Shown here: piece after piece, positions 9,346 through 20,720 of the stretch
How positions within the stretch are numbered: the stretch's first letter is position 1
Layout of the letters: every line of letters begins with the position of its first letter
NCBI GenBank assembly: GCA_964016885.1
Contig: CAXHJY010001414.1
Location: 1-22,165, forward strand
Source of the DNA: Eledone cirrhosa
Taxonomy: Eukaryota
Length of the DNA: 22,165 nt
Direction of reading: 5' to 3'
Notes under the pieces: generated by a model
The model's input: only the letters and a program-made list of their open reading frames with translations
Database searches by the model: none
What the model was told of the DNA's origin: nothing
Position numbers and translations under genes: made by a program

Positions 9346-11029
9346 ACGAAACATTTATGCCTCCATCCCACGCCTCCCTGTACAAGTCGCAAGCTCATCT
9401 TCAGATATTGCAGTGTTGGATGCAGATTGCAATACATTTATCGCATAGGCCCCTCTATCTAAAGCCTGACAGCATCCCTTATCATCCTGCGTGAAGAGCG
9501 ATGCTGTATGGATGGCCTTTCTGTATCCGACCATGTTGCAATATTTTGGAGATCTCATTCGTGACAGTCACCAATTTGGCATTTTTTTCCAATCCGTGAA
9601 AACTAAGTTTACGGGAGACGTCCTTTACTCACCTCATCGTAGCTACATCACTCGGCTGTGTGAGTTTTCTTGGGAGATAACATTGTCAGCCTGCTCCTTG
9701 TTCCCTAGTAAGTTTACACTGTTGGTCTGGGGTTGCTTATTCATCTGGCAAGAGGCCACTTATATTGCAGCTAATAATTATATCTGGTCGGTGTGTCATA
9801 ATTATATATGATAGTCTATTCATCACTTGCGACCCATTCTCTAGCAGAACAGCTTTGCCGGGAACAGGTTAATGCTCTTGCAGTCTTAATTTATCTTAAC
9901 TTTACGGAAATAGTAATTCTATATCAATAAAAGTTGCAGGGGAATGAACAATTACACCAACATTCCAAAGACAAATTTAAAATCTATTATATCGGAAAAG
10001 GAAACGCCACAAATACATTCGAGAAAATATTGGTTGCAAATCTTAGAAGAAAAATATCAAAAATATCAAATAAGTCATAATAAAGGGGTATTTTAAATGA
10101 AAATGAACTTAGTTTTAATACGAATGCTTTTTCATTTAATGAATACTCTTCATTCGTAACTATAATCTTAGGTTATCCAGTACATATGGAGAAATCCGAT
10201 TAATAGTTGGAACAAATACTGAAATGTAATTTTGAATTATCTTTTTTGTATATAGCATCAAAATACTTAAGGATATACTACATTACTTGTTTTAAAACAG
10301 ACACATGATTCTGTATTTTTGGAAACTTTTCATATTGTATTTAATATTGAATTCACAGCTAGATTACCTGTTAGGAAGTGTCATTATATTTTGATATGGT
10401 ATATGAACAAAGGATTATTTTAATAAATAGCATATTATCTCTCGTATTCTATACAATTACGTAGTGTTACAGGTTTTCTTGACTATCCCTTATAATATCT
10501 AGGAAATGTTATCGATTTTAAGTCCATAAAAGTTTGATTTAGAGAACCAATGTCGATCGCAATAAGTTTCAACAAGATTGAAATAAATATAAAGGATAAC
10601 AGGATAGTGTATGTCAGAATTGTGTCATTGGTAATAAATTATGATAATTTCTAGACACTAGTAGTATTTTTTGAGATATTTTTGAGATATTGCTTTTACA
10701 TAAATTCACTTTGAAAAATGTTTGATCTTCATATTTTTCCCATTCTCAATCTATGGAGAATCTTGTAAATATGTCGCAAGAGTCGATAGATCATAAGATA
10801 AATGGTTTGAATTATTTCATTCACTTTTTGTTATTGGGGTTTCACATCTTTCCTAGGTAAACTTTATCATTGATCATTCTTTGGCGGTACAATAAAGTAT
10901 ATATCAAATAATGCGACCGTTCTAGTTGATTTTCTTCATCCCTTGTTGGGTTGGTCCTGTGTGTAAATATATGTATTGTTATTAATGCAAAGAAGGCGAC
11001 GAATTGGCACAGTACTTCGTACATTGTAT

Positions 11030-11152
11030 AGAATGCTTCACGTTGTTCGTTTCGACTTTCTGATCTGTGATTTCAAATCCCGTTGAGATCAGTTATGTCC
11101 TTCATCCATTCGAGGTCGATAAAAAAGTACCATTCTAGTGCTGGGGTCGATT
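11030..11152 (+). mobile_element. Old diverged Nin/Deu-domain SINE fragment
   Basis: GATTTCAAATCCCG...CCTTCATCCATTCGAGGTCGATAAAAAAGTACCA...CTGGGGTCGAT. Confidence 0.8.
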
Positions 11153-11542
11153 CTTCTTCTACATCTCTTTCTCACTTTCATTTTCTCCCTCTTTAACCTT
11201 CTCTAGAAGGAATCAGATGTACTCAGGCCTAGAGAAGATTGGACTTCGCCAGGTTTAAAACTCTGCTAGAAACGTTGATTTCAATACGGCACCTCTATGA
11301 CTCCTTCAGAAGTTGCTTGACTATGTTTGCATTAATGTCATGTAGAGAAAATGTTTCTTGATATTTTTCTCACCAGCCTCCTATTAATTAAAATCCTGCA
11401 ATAAATGTCTACTAAAAAATGAGTTATTTTGTTTTTAATTACAGTATATAATTTCGGAAAAGAAATAGAAATGGATGTGAACATACTAAGGCTGATGCAA
11501 TATATACGTAATAAATATGAAACAACTCAGTCATGGGTGTAG

Positions 11543-11751
11543 CTATGAGAGGATATGTACATCCTAGACACTACATTGACAGTATACTATGGTAACTATA
11601 AAAGGATATGTACATCATAGACAATATACATTGAGAGTATACTATGATAACTATTAGAGGATATGTACATACTACACATTATATTGACAGTATACTATGG
11701 TAACTAGGATAAGATATGTACATCATAGACATTATATTGCCAGCATACTAT
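11543..11751. repeat. Minisatellite, ~53-55-bp unit, ~4 copies
   Basis: Units start at 11543, 11596, 11651 and 11704. Consensus approximately CTATNAGAGGATATGTACATCATAGACATTATATTGACAGTATACTATGGTAA. Confidence 0.95.
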
Positions 11752-12444
11752 AACTCGAATAGTTTCTGCGATAATTAACATGCACGAATCTATATTTTTC
11801 CAATTATGATTATAATATCTTTTCGGCCATAGAAAATGGTTACCTGTATATCTGAGGCCTTGCTTTTGATGTTTGATATTAGCTGCCCTCGAAATAACAT
11901 CATATTTTTACACGATACTTAAATATAAGGAAACAATCACAGGTAAGAATCAGGCCTACATGCCAATACTACCATGTCACCAAGACATAATGTTTCACTT
12001 TTTAAAAATTGATGTTTTAAGGCAGAATTTAATCTAAAAGAACTGAGAATTACAATTAAACGAAGGGGACTACAGACGTCTTGCTAGTTAACAGTCAGTT
12101 TATATACATTAGACATGAGAAACTCGATATTGTCATTACTACGTTTGCAGCACTGGAAACACATTTCATGTAGTTAAAAGAGAAGTACTATCCGTAAGGT
12201 GTAAGTAAATTAATGATGTAAGTGCTAAAGCTTTACTGGAAAAAGTAACATTGAACGCAATATCTAATGCAATAGTGTGAGTTTCACACTCCGCTATTTG
12301 ACATTTCGTTAAGATAGTTGAATGGAATAAAGAATTGTGAATTAACAAGTATTTTCCATTAAAATTACAATTTAAATCAGTAATAAGGTATTCAGAAATC
12401 ATATAAGTTACTAAATGTATAATAAAATAGATGTTGGTTATTTT

Positions 12445-12606
12445 TCAGATAGATTTCGTCAATCTGAATCACGTATAGCAATGGAGATTTCTGGTGTATT
12501 TGACACTTCTCTACTCACCACCATCAGCGTGGAGATGACTACCCGCAGACTCACTATACGCCGAGTAAACGCCTTCTCTATTATGTCCACCAGGGCCGCG
12601 GCCACC
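12445..12606 (+). mobile_element. CRE-clade retrotransposon 3' fragment with internal deletions
   Basis: SDRFR...IAMEISGVFDTSLLTTISVEMTTRRLTIRRVNAFSIMST, homologous to the 1828-1982 fragment (shared SLLTT and AFSI). Confidence 0.75.
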
Positions 12607-12887
12607 TACTTTCTTTTAATAGTAAGAGGTGGGCCGAGCGAGAGAGACGGAGGCATTGCTGAAGCATTTTGTAGAGTTAAAGGTAAGGATATTTTACTTT
12701 ATATTGCCTATATCAGGTATATCCTACTAAAATATGGATTTCAAAGGTAACATTCAATACCGATACAATTTGTCAATTAAGAATATTATACTATTCATTA
12801 TAACATTGTCATCACAAGTAATGTAATAATTGTGTTTGAGTGGTCAAAGTTAGGTCTGTTATGTTCTAATACACACAAACACTCACA

Positions 12888-12944
12888 TGTATATGTGTAT
12901 ATATATATATATGTGTGTGTATGTATGTGTGTGTATGAGTGTAT
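12888..12944. repeat. Mixed (TA)/(TG) microsatellite
   Basis: Direct reading. Confidence 0.9.
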
Positions 12945-13099
12945 ACATGTAGTTTCTAGTGTTTCGTTAGCTAAAATCAATGGCGTTTTTTCCAGAATTT
13001 CATACAAAAGATTTAGGTTATTACTGAAATTCATTGGAATAATACACTCTATGTTAGAAAATAACAAGTATTTGATAGAACTTTGTCAAATGTGTGCAG

Positions 13100-13460
13100 C
13101 TCATGTTTAGCGAGAAGAGATATAGGCTGGAGGTAAAGGACGGTATCATTTATATATTCGAAATGAAAGTAATGGGTGATACTTTGCAACTTGTTTTGCA
13201 AGGTGGAAGAAAATGTAACCCGTTACTAAATATATGGGCTGAATATATGGAGAGAGAAGTGGGGTTGAAGTGTTTGACGGGAGAATGGGTTGTTGTTTTT
13301 GTTAAGTCGTCGATTTGCCTTGGTTTTCCAAATATTGTTATAGAAATTAAATGATGTATGAAATATGGAATCTGATTTTGAAACTTTCCTGAGTATGGAA
13401 AGGGGACAGAGGGAAAGTGTTGGGTAAACACGACATTATTTGCCGTGTTATTTAAACGTG
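13100..13460 (-). mobile_element. Decayed Penelope-like GIY-YIG endonuclease relic
   Basis: Minus-strand TANNVVF..(SLCP)..YSGK and IDDLTKTTTHSPVKHFNPTSLSI...NGL resemble PLE segments (TS.NVIY..CSLCP..YIG; SPV..HFN...HSI). Judged by eye. Confidence 0.4.
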
Positions 13461-13514
13461 TTTAGTTTCTAGGAAGCCAATTTAACGAAACACAAAGAAT
13501 ACAAGATAGTAACC

Positions 13515-13890
13515 CTCAACCCTGGTGACGGCAAGTGCCCCGATGGAATTACACGCTTCCCTTTCGAAGGGCGTAAACCCCTCATCTGGGATGTGACGGG
13601 CTATGATGCGTTCTCCTGCTCTAACTTAATCGACTCATCCACACATCCTGCTACCGCAGCTCGCAATGCAAAGGACAAGAAGACAAGCAAATATTGGAGT
13701 TTGTCCGACCGCTCGCCGTCGACACCTTAGATGTCCGCGGAGCCCGTACAGTTGACCTCCTCCGTAAAATGGGATAGATTGCAGCCTGGCAGAGAAAGAA
13801 TCCTTGTGAGTGGGGATGGCTTTTGCAGCATGTGTTGCTGCCCGTTGTCCTTGGAAAGGCCTTTGCCATTGTGTCCGCGGGGCGCAGTCG
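13515..13890 (+). mobile_element. CRE-clade non-LTR retrotransposon restriction-like (PD-(D/E)xK) endonuclease fragment, frameshifted
   Basis: From 13515: LNPGDGKCPDGITRFPFEGRKPLIWDVTGYDAFSCSNLIDSSTHPATAARNAKDKKTSKYWSLSDR. After a frameshift: VDTLDVRGARTVDLLRKMG*...NPCEWGWLLQHVLLPVVLGKAFAIVSAGR. Fits the CRE motifs GDGKRPDG...WD.T...AE..K..KY. Confidence 0.88.
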
Positions 13891-15351
13891 TAACACCGTT
13901 CCGACATATGTGTAGAGTATGTCACCCTTTCCCTCTCTACTTTCTCTCTTTCTTTTTTCTAATAATCCTTGCTTTTCCCCTCGTTTTCCTCTCATTTGTG
14001 GTAATTATAGACCATTCCAATATTGTCTTCTTTTTCTGTATGGTTAACGAAATAAAAAATGTTCTTTTAGTAGAAAAACAGATTTCTGATATAAATGAAA
14101 GGAAATATATGAAATATATCTGACAATATATAACACTCGTTCTTAAGTATTAAAATGATGAAAGATGTCTCAATGCTTATATTTCGTTGTTTTCCCGGAT
14201 GCTGAAAATGTGTAGTTGCATAACATTAAACTACATTCATACAAATCTTTGTTTATGTTCTCATGATTCCACAGACGTCTGTCAGCCGTTAATTGACCTT
14301 GAGCGTCTGTATTTGCAGCAGACTTGTTCCAAATTCACATGAACCTAACCAGAGCAGAGCGGGGTTATCTTAACCTGAAATAGTGAAAGTTATTCAGGTT
14401 GATTGTTTGATGCATCTTAGTGATATGAAATTGTATGAGTAACCGAGTAATGAATTGATTTATGAAAGCAAAAATTATCATTTGATTTGTTTTTAGAATT
14501 AAAATTGAAAGAAATCACCATTCCTAACTCAACTCGCTGCCTATACCTTATTCCAATTAAATATGTAATTATTTAGTTTTAAAAAAAAAACGTCTTAAAT
14601 TTCGTGCGATACTTCAAATATTAGATCAAGATTCTTCTTTCAATTCTTAATTAATTTATAGATTATTTTATTCACTTATTAAATTTAACTCTATTTTTTC
14701 CTAACGTTCCACATAGTAATCGTATTAAATTTGTTATCGTCTGCTTCTTCATTTATATCGAAGGGTTGATTTTATATCGTTTGTTTGTTTGTCTTTTTTT
14801 ACCTTTAATAAAATACCTTAAAGAGGCAAATATCTAATGAAAATAAAGATACACCAGGTAATATATTTTTATCTTTTTTACTACTGAAGGAGATTTTTTC
14901 GATCAATTTAATTGTAAACCTTTGTCAACAGTTATTTAATTATAGAATACAAATAATTAAGTGCAACATGACCCTGCATTCTGAACGTTAATTCTGTTTA
15001 ATTTCCCTACTTCACTTTTCAATAAAACATTATAATTAATGTCTCAGTAAACCATCTATTCAGGAAGAGCAACCTTTCATAATCCAAGATTGACTTGAAA
15101 AGAATTAAAACCAAAGCATAACATTGCAACACAAAGGAATCGAGGCAAAGAAACCAGCACTATCAATAAGTGGATTTATAGATTATTGCTGAATATCAGT
15201 TAAATATCAAATTAAAACAGAAAATTTATAATGGTTCTCATCGTCAAATTTTAAAGCAAACAAGGATAAACAACACTAGCAATATATTGGGTACTTACCT
15301 GACCTTAGAGCATATTTAAGCTATTGCTACGAATTACTGATACCCAGATTC

Positions 15352-15578
15352 TATGAAAGATATATCGTATGAATAGTATATCGTATGAAAACTATATCGT
15401 ATGGTCAATATATCGTATGGTCAATATATCATATAGACAATACACCTTATGAAAAATATATCGTATGAATAGTATATCGTATGAAAAATATATTGTATAG
15501 ACAATATATTGTATAGTCAATATATTGTATGGTCAATATATCGTATAGTCAATATATTGTATGGACAATATATTGTAT
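15352..15578. repeat. Minisatellite, 16-bp unit x14
   Basis: Units such as TATGAAAAATATATCG, TATGGTCAATATATCG and TATAGACAATATATTG in exact 16-bp phase. Confidence 0.95.
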
Positions 15579-15689
15579 TTGAATTACTTCAGATAGGTTA
15601 AACTGTAACTGTAAACAATATCGAAGATTTCATATTAATATTATCGAGACAAACACAACACATGAGCAGAATCTGTACAGCATCAATCA

Positions 15690-15865
15690 TACTGTTTGAA
15701 GTATTTAATTACGGCTTTTAACTTCTGATTTTAAATCCCGCCAAATTCAACATTGCCTTTCAACCTTCCGCGCTAGATAAACTAAAGTACCAATTACGTA
15801 CTGCGGTTGATATAATTGACTTTCCTCATCCTTTGGATTGCTGACCTTTTGTTAATATTGAATAC
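15690..15865 (+). mobile_element. Old diverged Nin/Deu-domain SINE (long-tail variant)
   Basis: TTCTGATTTTAAATCCCGCC...TTGCCTTTCAACCTTCCGCGCTAGATAAACTAAAGTACCA...ATTGCTGACCTT. Confidence 0.8.
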
Positions 15866-15924
15866 ATTGACGCAACAAAACCAAAATCTTAATATGTAAG
15901 GCGATACATATTATTTTCGGCCTC

Positions 15925-16072
15925 ACTCCGAAGAAACTGACACTGTAGTGACTTCATCCATTAGCTGGGCTGGTCTCGCTTGGGGATCCAGCCAGATCAG
16001 TTGGAAACCGTTGCTTTTGATAGGACCCACTGTAAGTAGTGTTTGAGTGCTCTGCAGCCATGACCCTCTCTA
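15925..16072 (+). mobile_element. 3' end of an RTE-clade (Expander/Rex3-like) LINE
   Basis: Translation SDFIH*LGWSRLGIQPDQLETVAFDRTHCK*CLSALQP*PS fits the Expander/Rex3-type C-terminus (DYI..LAW.RLG..P..L..VA..R......L.PRP). A (GAA)n tail follows immediately. Confidence 0.8.
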
Positions 16073-16179
16073 GAAGAAGAAGAAGAAGAAGAAGAAGAAG
16101 AAGAAGAAGAAGAAGAAGAAGAAGAAGAAGAAGAAGAAGAAGAAGAAGAAGAAGAAGAAGAAGAAGAAGAAGAAGAAGA
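16073..16179 (+). repeat. (GAA)35 microsatellite, probably an expanded LINE tail
   Basis: Direct reading. Abuts the RTE 3' end. Confidence 0.97.
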
Positions 16180-16399
16180 CGTCAAATAATGACGCGAGAA
16201 AATCATACTGCACTATTAAAAAGAGTTTATCTCTCAATATATATATTAGTAGAGATGATGTAAATATAGAAGATATATTACTAGAGTAGATCCATCAGAC
16301 AGAATAAATATGTTAAGTCAAAGTGAAGCTTTAATTTTTGAGTTCATATAAAATTCTAATCAATATTGTCTTAGAACCAAACACATATCATTGATGCTA

Positions 16400-16742
16400 T
16401 GACACTATTTTTAGCGATATTATTGTTATTAAATCGAGTCAATAGCGACATTTTTATTACTTAAAGCCAGCCACAGTTTATATCGAAATTATTATTTCAC
16501 ACCGCAATAATATCTAAGCCATTTCATTTATTATAGCATCGCTTCCATGCGTATATATTCAGTTTGGTCACCATAGTGGAGATAATTTTGATATATTTTG
16601 TTTTTATTTTATTTTTGTATGTGAATAATCGCATCTTTTTCGTTGCTACCGTTAATAGCAACTCAATATGGCGATTATTCGAGTCGTAAATATATAATCT
16701 TTTATCGATTTCATCAATACAATGGTTATTTCTTCTACCCAA
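16400..16742 (-). mobile_element. Possible very old LINE (RTE-like) post-RT fragment
   Basis: ORF 16524-16742 (RHIEL...KKMRLFTYKNKIKTKYIKIISTMV...IYAW) loosely resembles the LINE region after RT domain 7 (RRI......KM......I...TK.K....MV.....YG.E.W). Confidence 0.3.
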
Positions 16743-17650
16743 AGATTTTCGCAGATTAACTTATTAAAAGCAGTTCATTGTCACATTGAATGGAATTCAA
16801 TGCAGGTACCGTAGTAATTTATATTTTACTGTTTCTTTATTTATTATAATAATTATCTTCAGACATGACTATATAACGTTCCTCATATATGGAAGATTGA
16901 TTTCTTTACAGACAAAACATAACAAATATGCAAATGAAAAGAAATAATTTAAAAGAAATTTCAATTATCGAAATGGTTTTGCAATTAAAAATATAAAATA
17001 AAACGAAATTCTCAATTGAAGAAATCCAGAAAAAAGAACATTTATATATTAATGCAAAGTTAAATTTTGTGTTTTATTTTCTATTCTTCTTTGCATTTGT
17101 CCAATTTATTTATCTAGTTTTATATTGAAATACAATCAAACATAACTGAATGCATTACTAATGCCTACACCCTCCTTCTGTCCTATTTTAACACTCCTAA
17201 TTTGAAAAATGGCTTGCAACCACTTTCACTGCTTCAAGCCTAATATTCATATTATTACGTTACTTGCAATGTAAGCTGACATCATTGAATGCAAACCATT
17301 TTCTTTTCATTTCTTTTCAATTGGTGCCGCATGATTCTGACACCTGCCTTTCAAACAGACGAGGAAAACGCTTATATTTATTCTGTATGTTTATTAGTGT
17401 TTAATCTATTTCTCTTGCTTTTATCATTTAAGATTTCCATTGCTTTCTTGGTTGTATTTTTTCTGGTTTTAATTGCATTTCCAATTCAACTATTTACAGG
17501 ATTATATTTTCTTGGTTTACATCAAAACAAATTTATCAGAACATAGAAGATGATTAAAACAAGCGAGGTTTAGACAAGTCAAAGTAAACTCAACTCTGAA
17601 ATATTGTTATAATACAATATATATATGTATGTATGTATTTATATGTACAT

Positions 17651-17745
<95 letters not shown>

Positions 17746-17839
17746 AGTTAACGGGCCTATCCGTATTAAAATCTGTATAACCACGGCATATATATATGCC
17801 GGCGTTATACAAATTTTAATACTGATAGCCCCGTTAACT
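17746..17839. repeat. 94-bp imperfect palindrome centred on a short TA run, inside mirror-image microsatellites
   Basis: 47-nt arms with 5 mismatches. Flanked on the left by (TA)n(GT)n and on the right by (AC)n(AT)n. Confidence 0.95.
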
Positions 17840-17891
17840 TATACACACACACACACACACACACACATACACACACACACACACATACACA

Positions 17892-17946
<55 letters not shown>

Positions 17947-18489
17947 TTGTAGGTGTGTGTGTATGTGTGTGGTGTAGATCATATTTTCCTCGTCAGATAA
18001 ATAGAGCCAGTAACCTCTTATGTATGTTTAGTACTTTCCTGTGCTAAACTCACGGCTGTGAAATAAATAAAGGATACATCTTAGAATAAGCAATCAAGGC
18101 AACTGACAGATTGTTTGGTATGGTATAATCAATAACAGAGGTATAAACAATGGTAATAATTATTAAGGTTGCTCTTAAATGGAATACATTACAGACCATC
18201 TTTCTACACAGTTCGCTATAATACACAGGTCTTTTTGCAATATGATTATCATGTCATTTCAACGTCATTGGGAATTAGCATCGAGAGAATTTATATGAAT
18301 TGGTCTACTAGCATATATAGTTTGGATAAATTATCGTAATATAGTCAGTTTCAATGCGAAAAGGACAAATAAAAAAGATTCAAAGAGGCGTATGATAGAT
18401 ATAGACTGATATATCTATCTATCTATCTAACTATCTGTTTCTCTTTCTCTCTTCCTCTGTATATATATATATATTATATATATTTATAT

Positions 18490-18675
18490 ATAACGATGGA
18501 AATGTGGTAAGGAACCAGGTGGACCATAGCGCACCAAAGTACTCAATACTTAGGGTAGTAGAGTGGGTAATAGGAACGAGTAGGACCCCGACGGCTGAGC
18601 TCAAGCCGTTTCGACGGCTAATTCTGAATTAGCCGTCGAAACGGCTTGAGCTCAGCCGTCGGGGTCCTACTCGTT

Positions 18676-18680
<5 letters not shown>
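18490..18680 (-). mobile_element. TA-flanked PLE pLTR-like cassette ending in a fold-back palindrome
   Basis: Unique sequence between (TA)n tracts containing the HHR 3'-half motif GAAA-CGGCT-TGAGCTC-AGCCG-TC on both strands. Confidence 0.6.
18570..18680. repeat. Perfect 111-bp palindrome (55-bp arms, 1-nt spacer at 18625)
   Basis: ATAGGAACGAGTAGGACCCCGACGGCTGAGCTCAAGCCGTTTCGACGGCTAATTC-T-exact reverse complement. Confidence 0.98.
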
Positions 18681-18737
<57 letters not shown>

Positions 18738-18853
18738 TATAAAACATGAGAAGAAAGAGGAATACTGCGTGGTTGCACATGGGTTACATATTATAAAATT
18801 AGTCCCTTGTCAGTGTCAGTCATTTGCCAACCATCATTGGTATTTCATCGCAT

Positions 18854-18884
<31 letters not shown>

Positions 18885-18979
18885 ATAATAATAAATTTGA
18901 AGACTAAAATCCAAAGAGGGCTTGATATGGATAAATATATATCAAATATATAAGAACCGTAGAGCAATCTGTTATTTTA

Positions 18980-19046
<67 letters not shown>

Positions 19047-19199
19047 CGTGCTTAGGCCGTATAGTTCATAGGCTGGATATGAAGTCGTGGTGATGGAACT
19101 TTGAAATCTTGCATGCATTAATGTCAGTGAGGGAAACCTATTCGTGGGCCAAACTTGAACATGATTGTTCCACTGGGTGTTATAGACAAACAAACGAGC

Positions 19200-19273
<74 letters not shown>

Positions 19274-19360
19274 GTGAGGTTTTTTTACAAAATTAAAGAT
19301 AACCGAGGTGTCCTACACGAGTCAAAGTATAAGCAAAAAAGTTGAAATATATATATTTAT

Positions 19361-19410
19361 TTGGTTCCTTTACCGGTTTCACAGTTCTTCTGCTTTTCAA
19401 AAGTAGAGGT
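19361..19410 (-). ncRNA. Candidate intact minimal type I hammerhead ribozyme (U3-A8 variant, PLE-type)
   Basis: Minus strand: CTT-TTGAAAA-GCAG-AAGAA-CTGT-GAAA-CCGG-TA-AAG. Stem I is CTT/AAG, the core is UUGAAAA, stem II is GCAG/CUGU, followed by GAAA, palindromic ACCGGU stem III and a GUA cleavage triplet. Confidence 0.7.
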
Positions 19411-19444
19411 TGAGATGGAGTGTCTGTGGTTTTTCTCACTTCCT

Positions 19445-19639
<195 letters not shown>

Positions 19640-20003
19640 CACTTGTTCGTGCTATTATATTGTTATTAATAGTAGTTTATATTTTAATCCCATATGTAAC
19701 TTCATAATTCCCTGCGAATCTTATAATTTATTTTATGTTCACAGTTTTAAAGGACACATATTTACTAAATAATTCAGCTTTAATATAAATTTCAGTTTGA
19801 CCATTAGTATTAGCTCTGGCATTCACTTGTGGAGGTCCCTTCATTACCAAACACAATGAGAGAATAATTAACTTAATTACCTACTACAATAACACAACCA
19901 ACTGCACATTCGAGATCGATAACAATATTGACAGCCTCACATGTAGGAACATCGACTTGAACAGTATTATCTCAATCATTACCCAGTTACCCAGCACTAC
20001 CAT

Positions 20004-20232
20004 TATTAATGTATCTAATATCACCACCATTCTATATGTAGAAGTCTTACGTCTCTAGAATATATTACTATCACTGCTACCACACTGTACTATCGCTCGA
20101 CCTATTCCCCTCGTTACCTTCCTCTTCCAATATTAACTTAGCTAGTATCACCATTATTCTATATGTAGAATACTTAAATCTCTAGAATATTTTGCTAACA
20201 CTGCTACCAAACTGTACTATCATTCGTCCTAT
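20004..20232. repeat. Diverged direct repeat, two ~100-bp copies with 127-bp period
   Basis: 20004-20105 vs 20131-20232 share TATCACCA..ATTCTATATGTAGAA..CTTA..TCTCTAGAATAT...CACTGCTACCA.ACTGTACTATC. Confidence 0.9.
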
Positions 20233-20720
20233 CAACAACAAGGTCATTCCAGACAGTGGACATATCACATTTTTAATATGTATTCACATCACAAAAATAT
20301 CACATTCGTAGCCTGTACTAGTGAACATAATCATAATCACCCCCAAAATAGCGGTGGTGGTGATAGTGGTGGGGTTGTTTAAAGAAAATGCGTTTCTGAC
20401 TCCATACATGAATCATTTCAAGGTAGCAGGAGATGAACATAATTACTTACTTAGCGATTTTTAATCATATACAAATAAATATGTACAATTGTGAGATTGA
20501 TTCTAGGTGACAACATACATATTTTTTTTATTAATTCCCGATACTTGTAAATATATGCACAATTTAATGACAGGCCCCCAAAGGTAAATGAGATCTAACG
20601 AAATAAACTCCTGAAATATATAAGAGAATACGATCGAACTTGCAACGTCTTTGATTAAATATTTGATCGATTCGGCCTAATCTTGGTCGAAATTACAGCA
20701 GTTATAACGCTATTAATAAT

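Noticed and set aside
11543-11751. CRISPR-like appearance of tandem repeats (also 15352-15578)
   Set aside because: Head-to-tail units without unique spacers, eukaryotic context, and no cas genes.
13635-14123. Overlapping ORFs of 96-130 aa
   Set aside because: Alternative frames over the CRE fragment and its pyrimidine-rich 3' flank.
15997-16263. Poly-Ser / poly-Arg ORFs
   Set aside because: Produced by the (GAA)35 tract.
19043-19125. Possible Tc1/mariner terminal fragment (AGTTCATAGGCTG...GAAATCTTGCATGCATTAAT)
   Set aside because: Only a vague resemblance from memory. There is no partner inverted repeat or transposase in the window.
19801-20058. ~85-codon open frame without ATG
   Set aside because: In-frame stop immediately upstream, no compatible splice acceptor, and low-complexity ACC/ATT-rich sequence overlapping a direct repeat.
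20622-20690. Second tRNA-like relic on the minus strand (AGTTCGATC)
   Set aside because: Only a partial B-box match and no cloverleaf.
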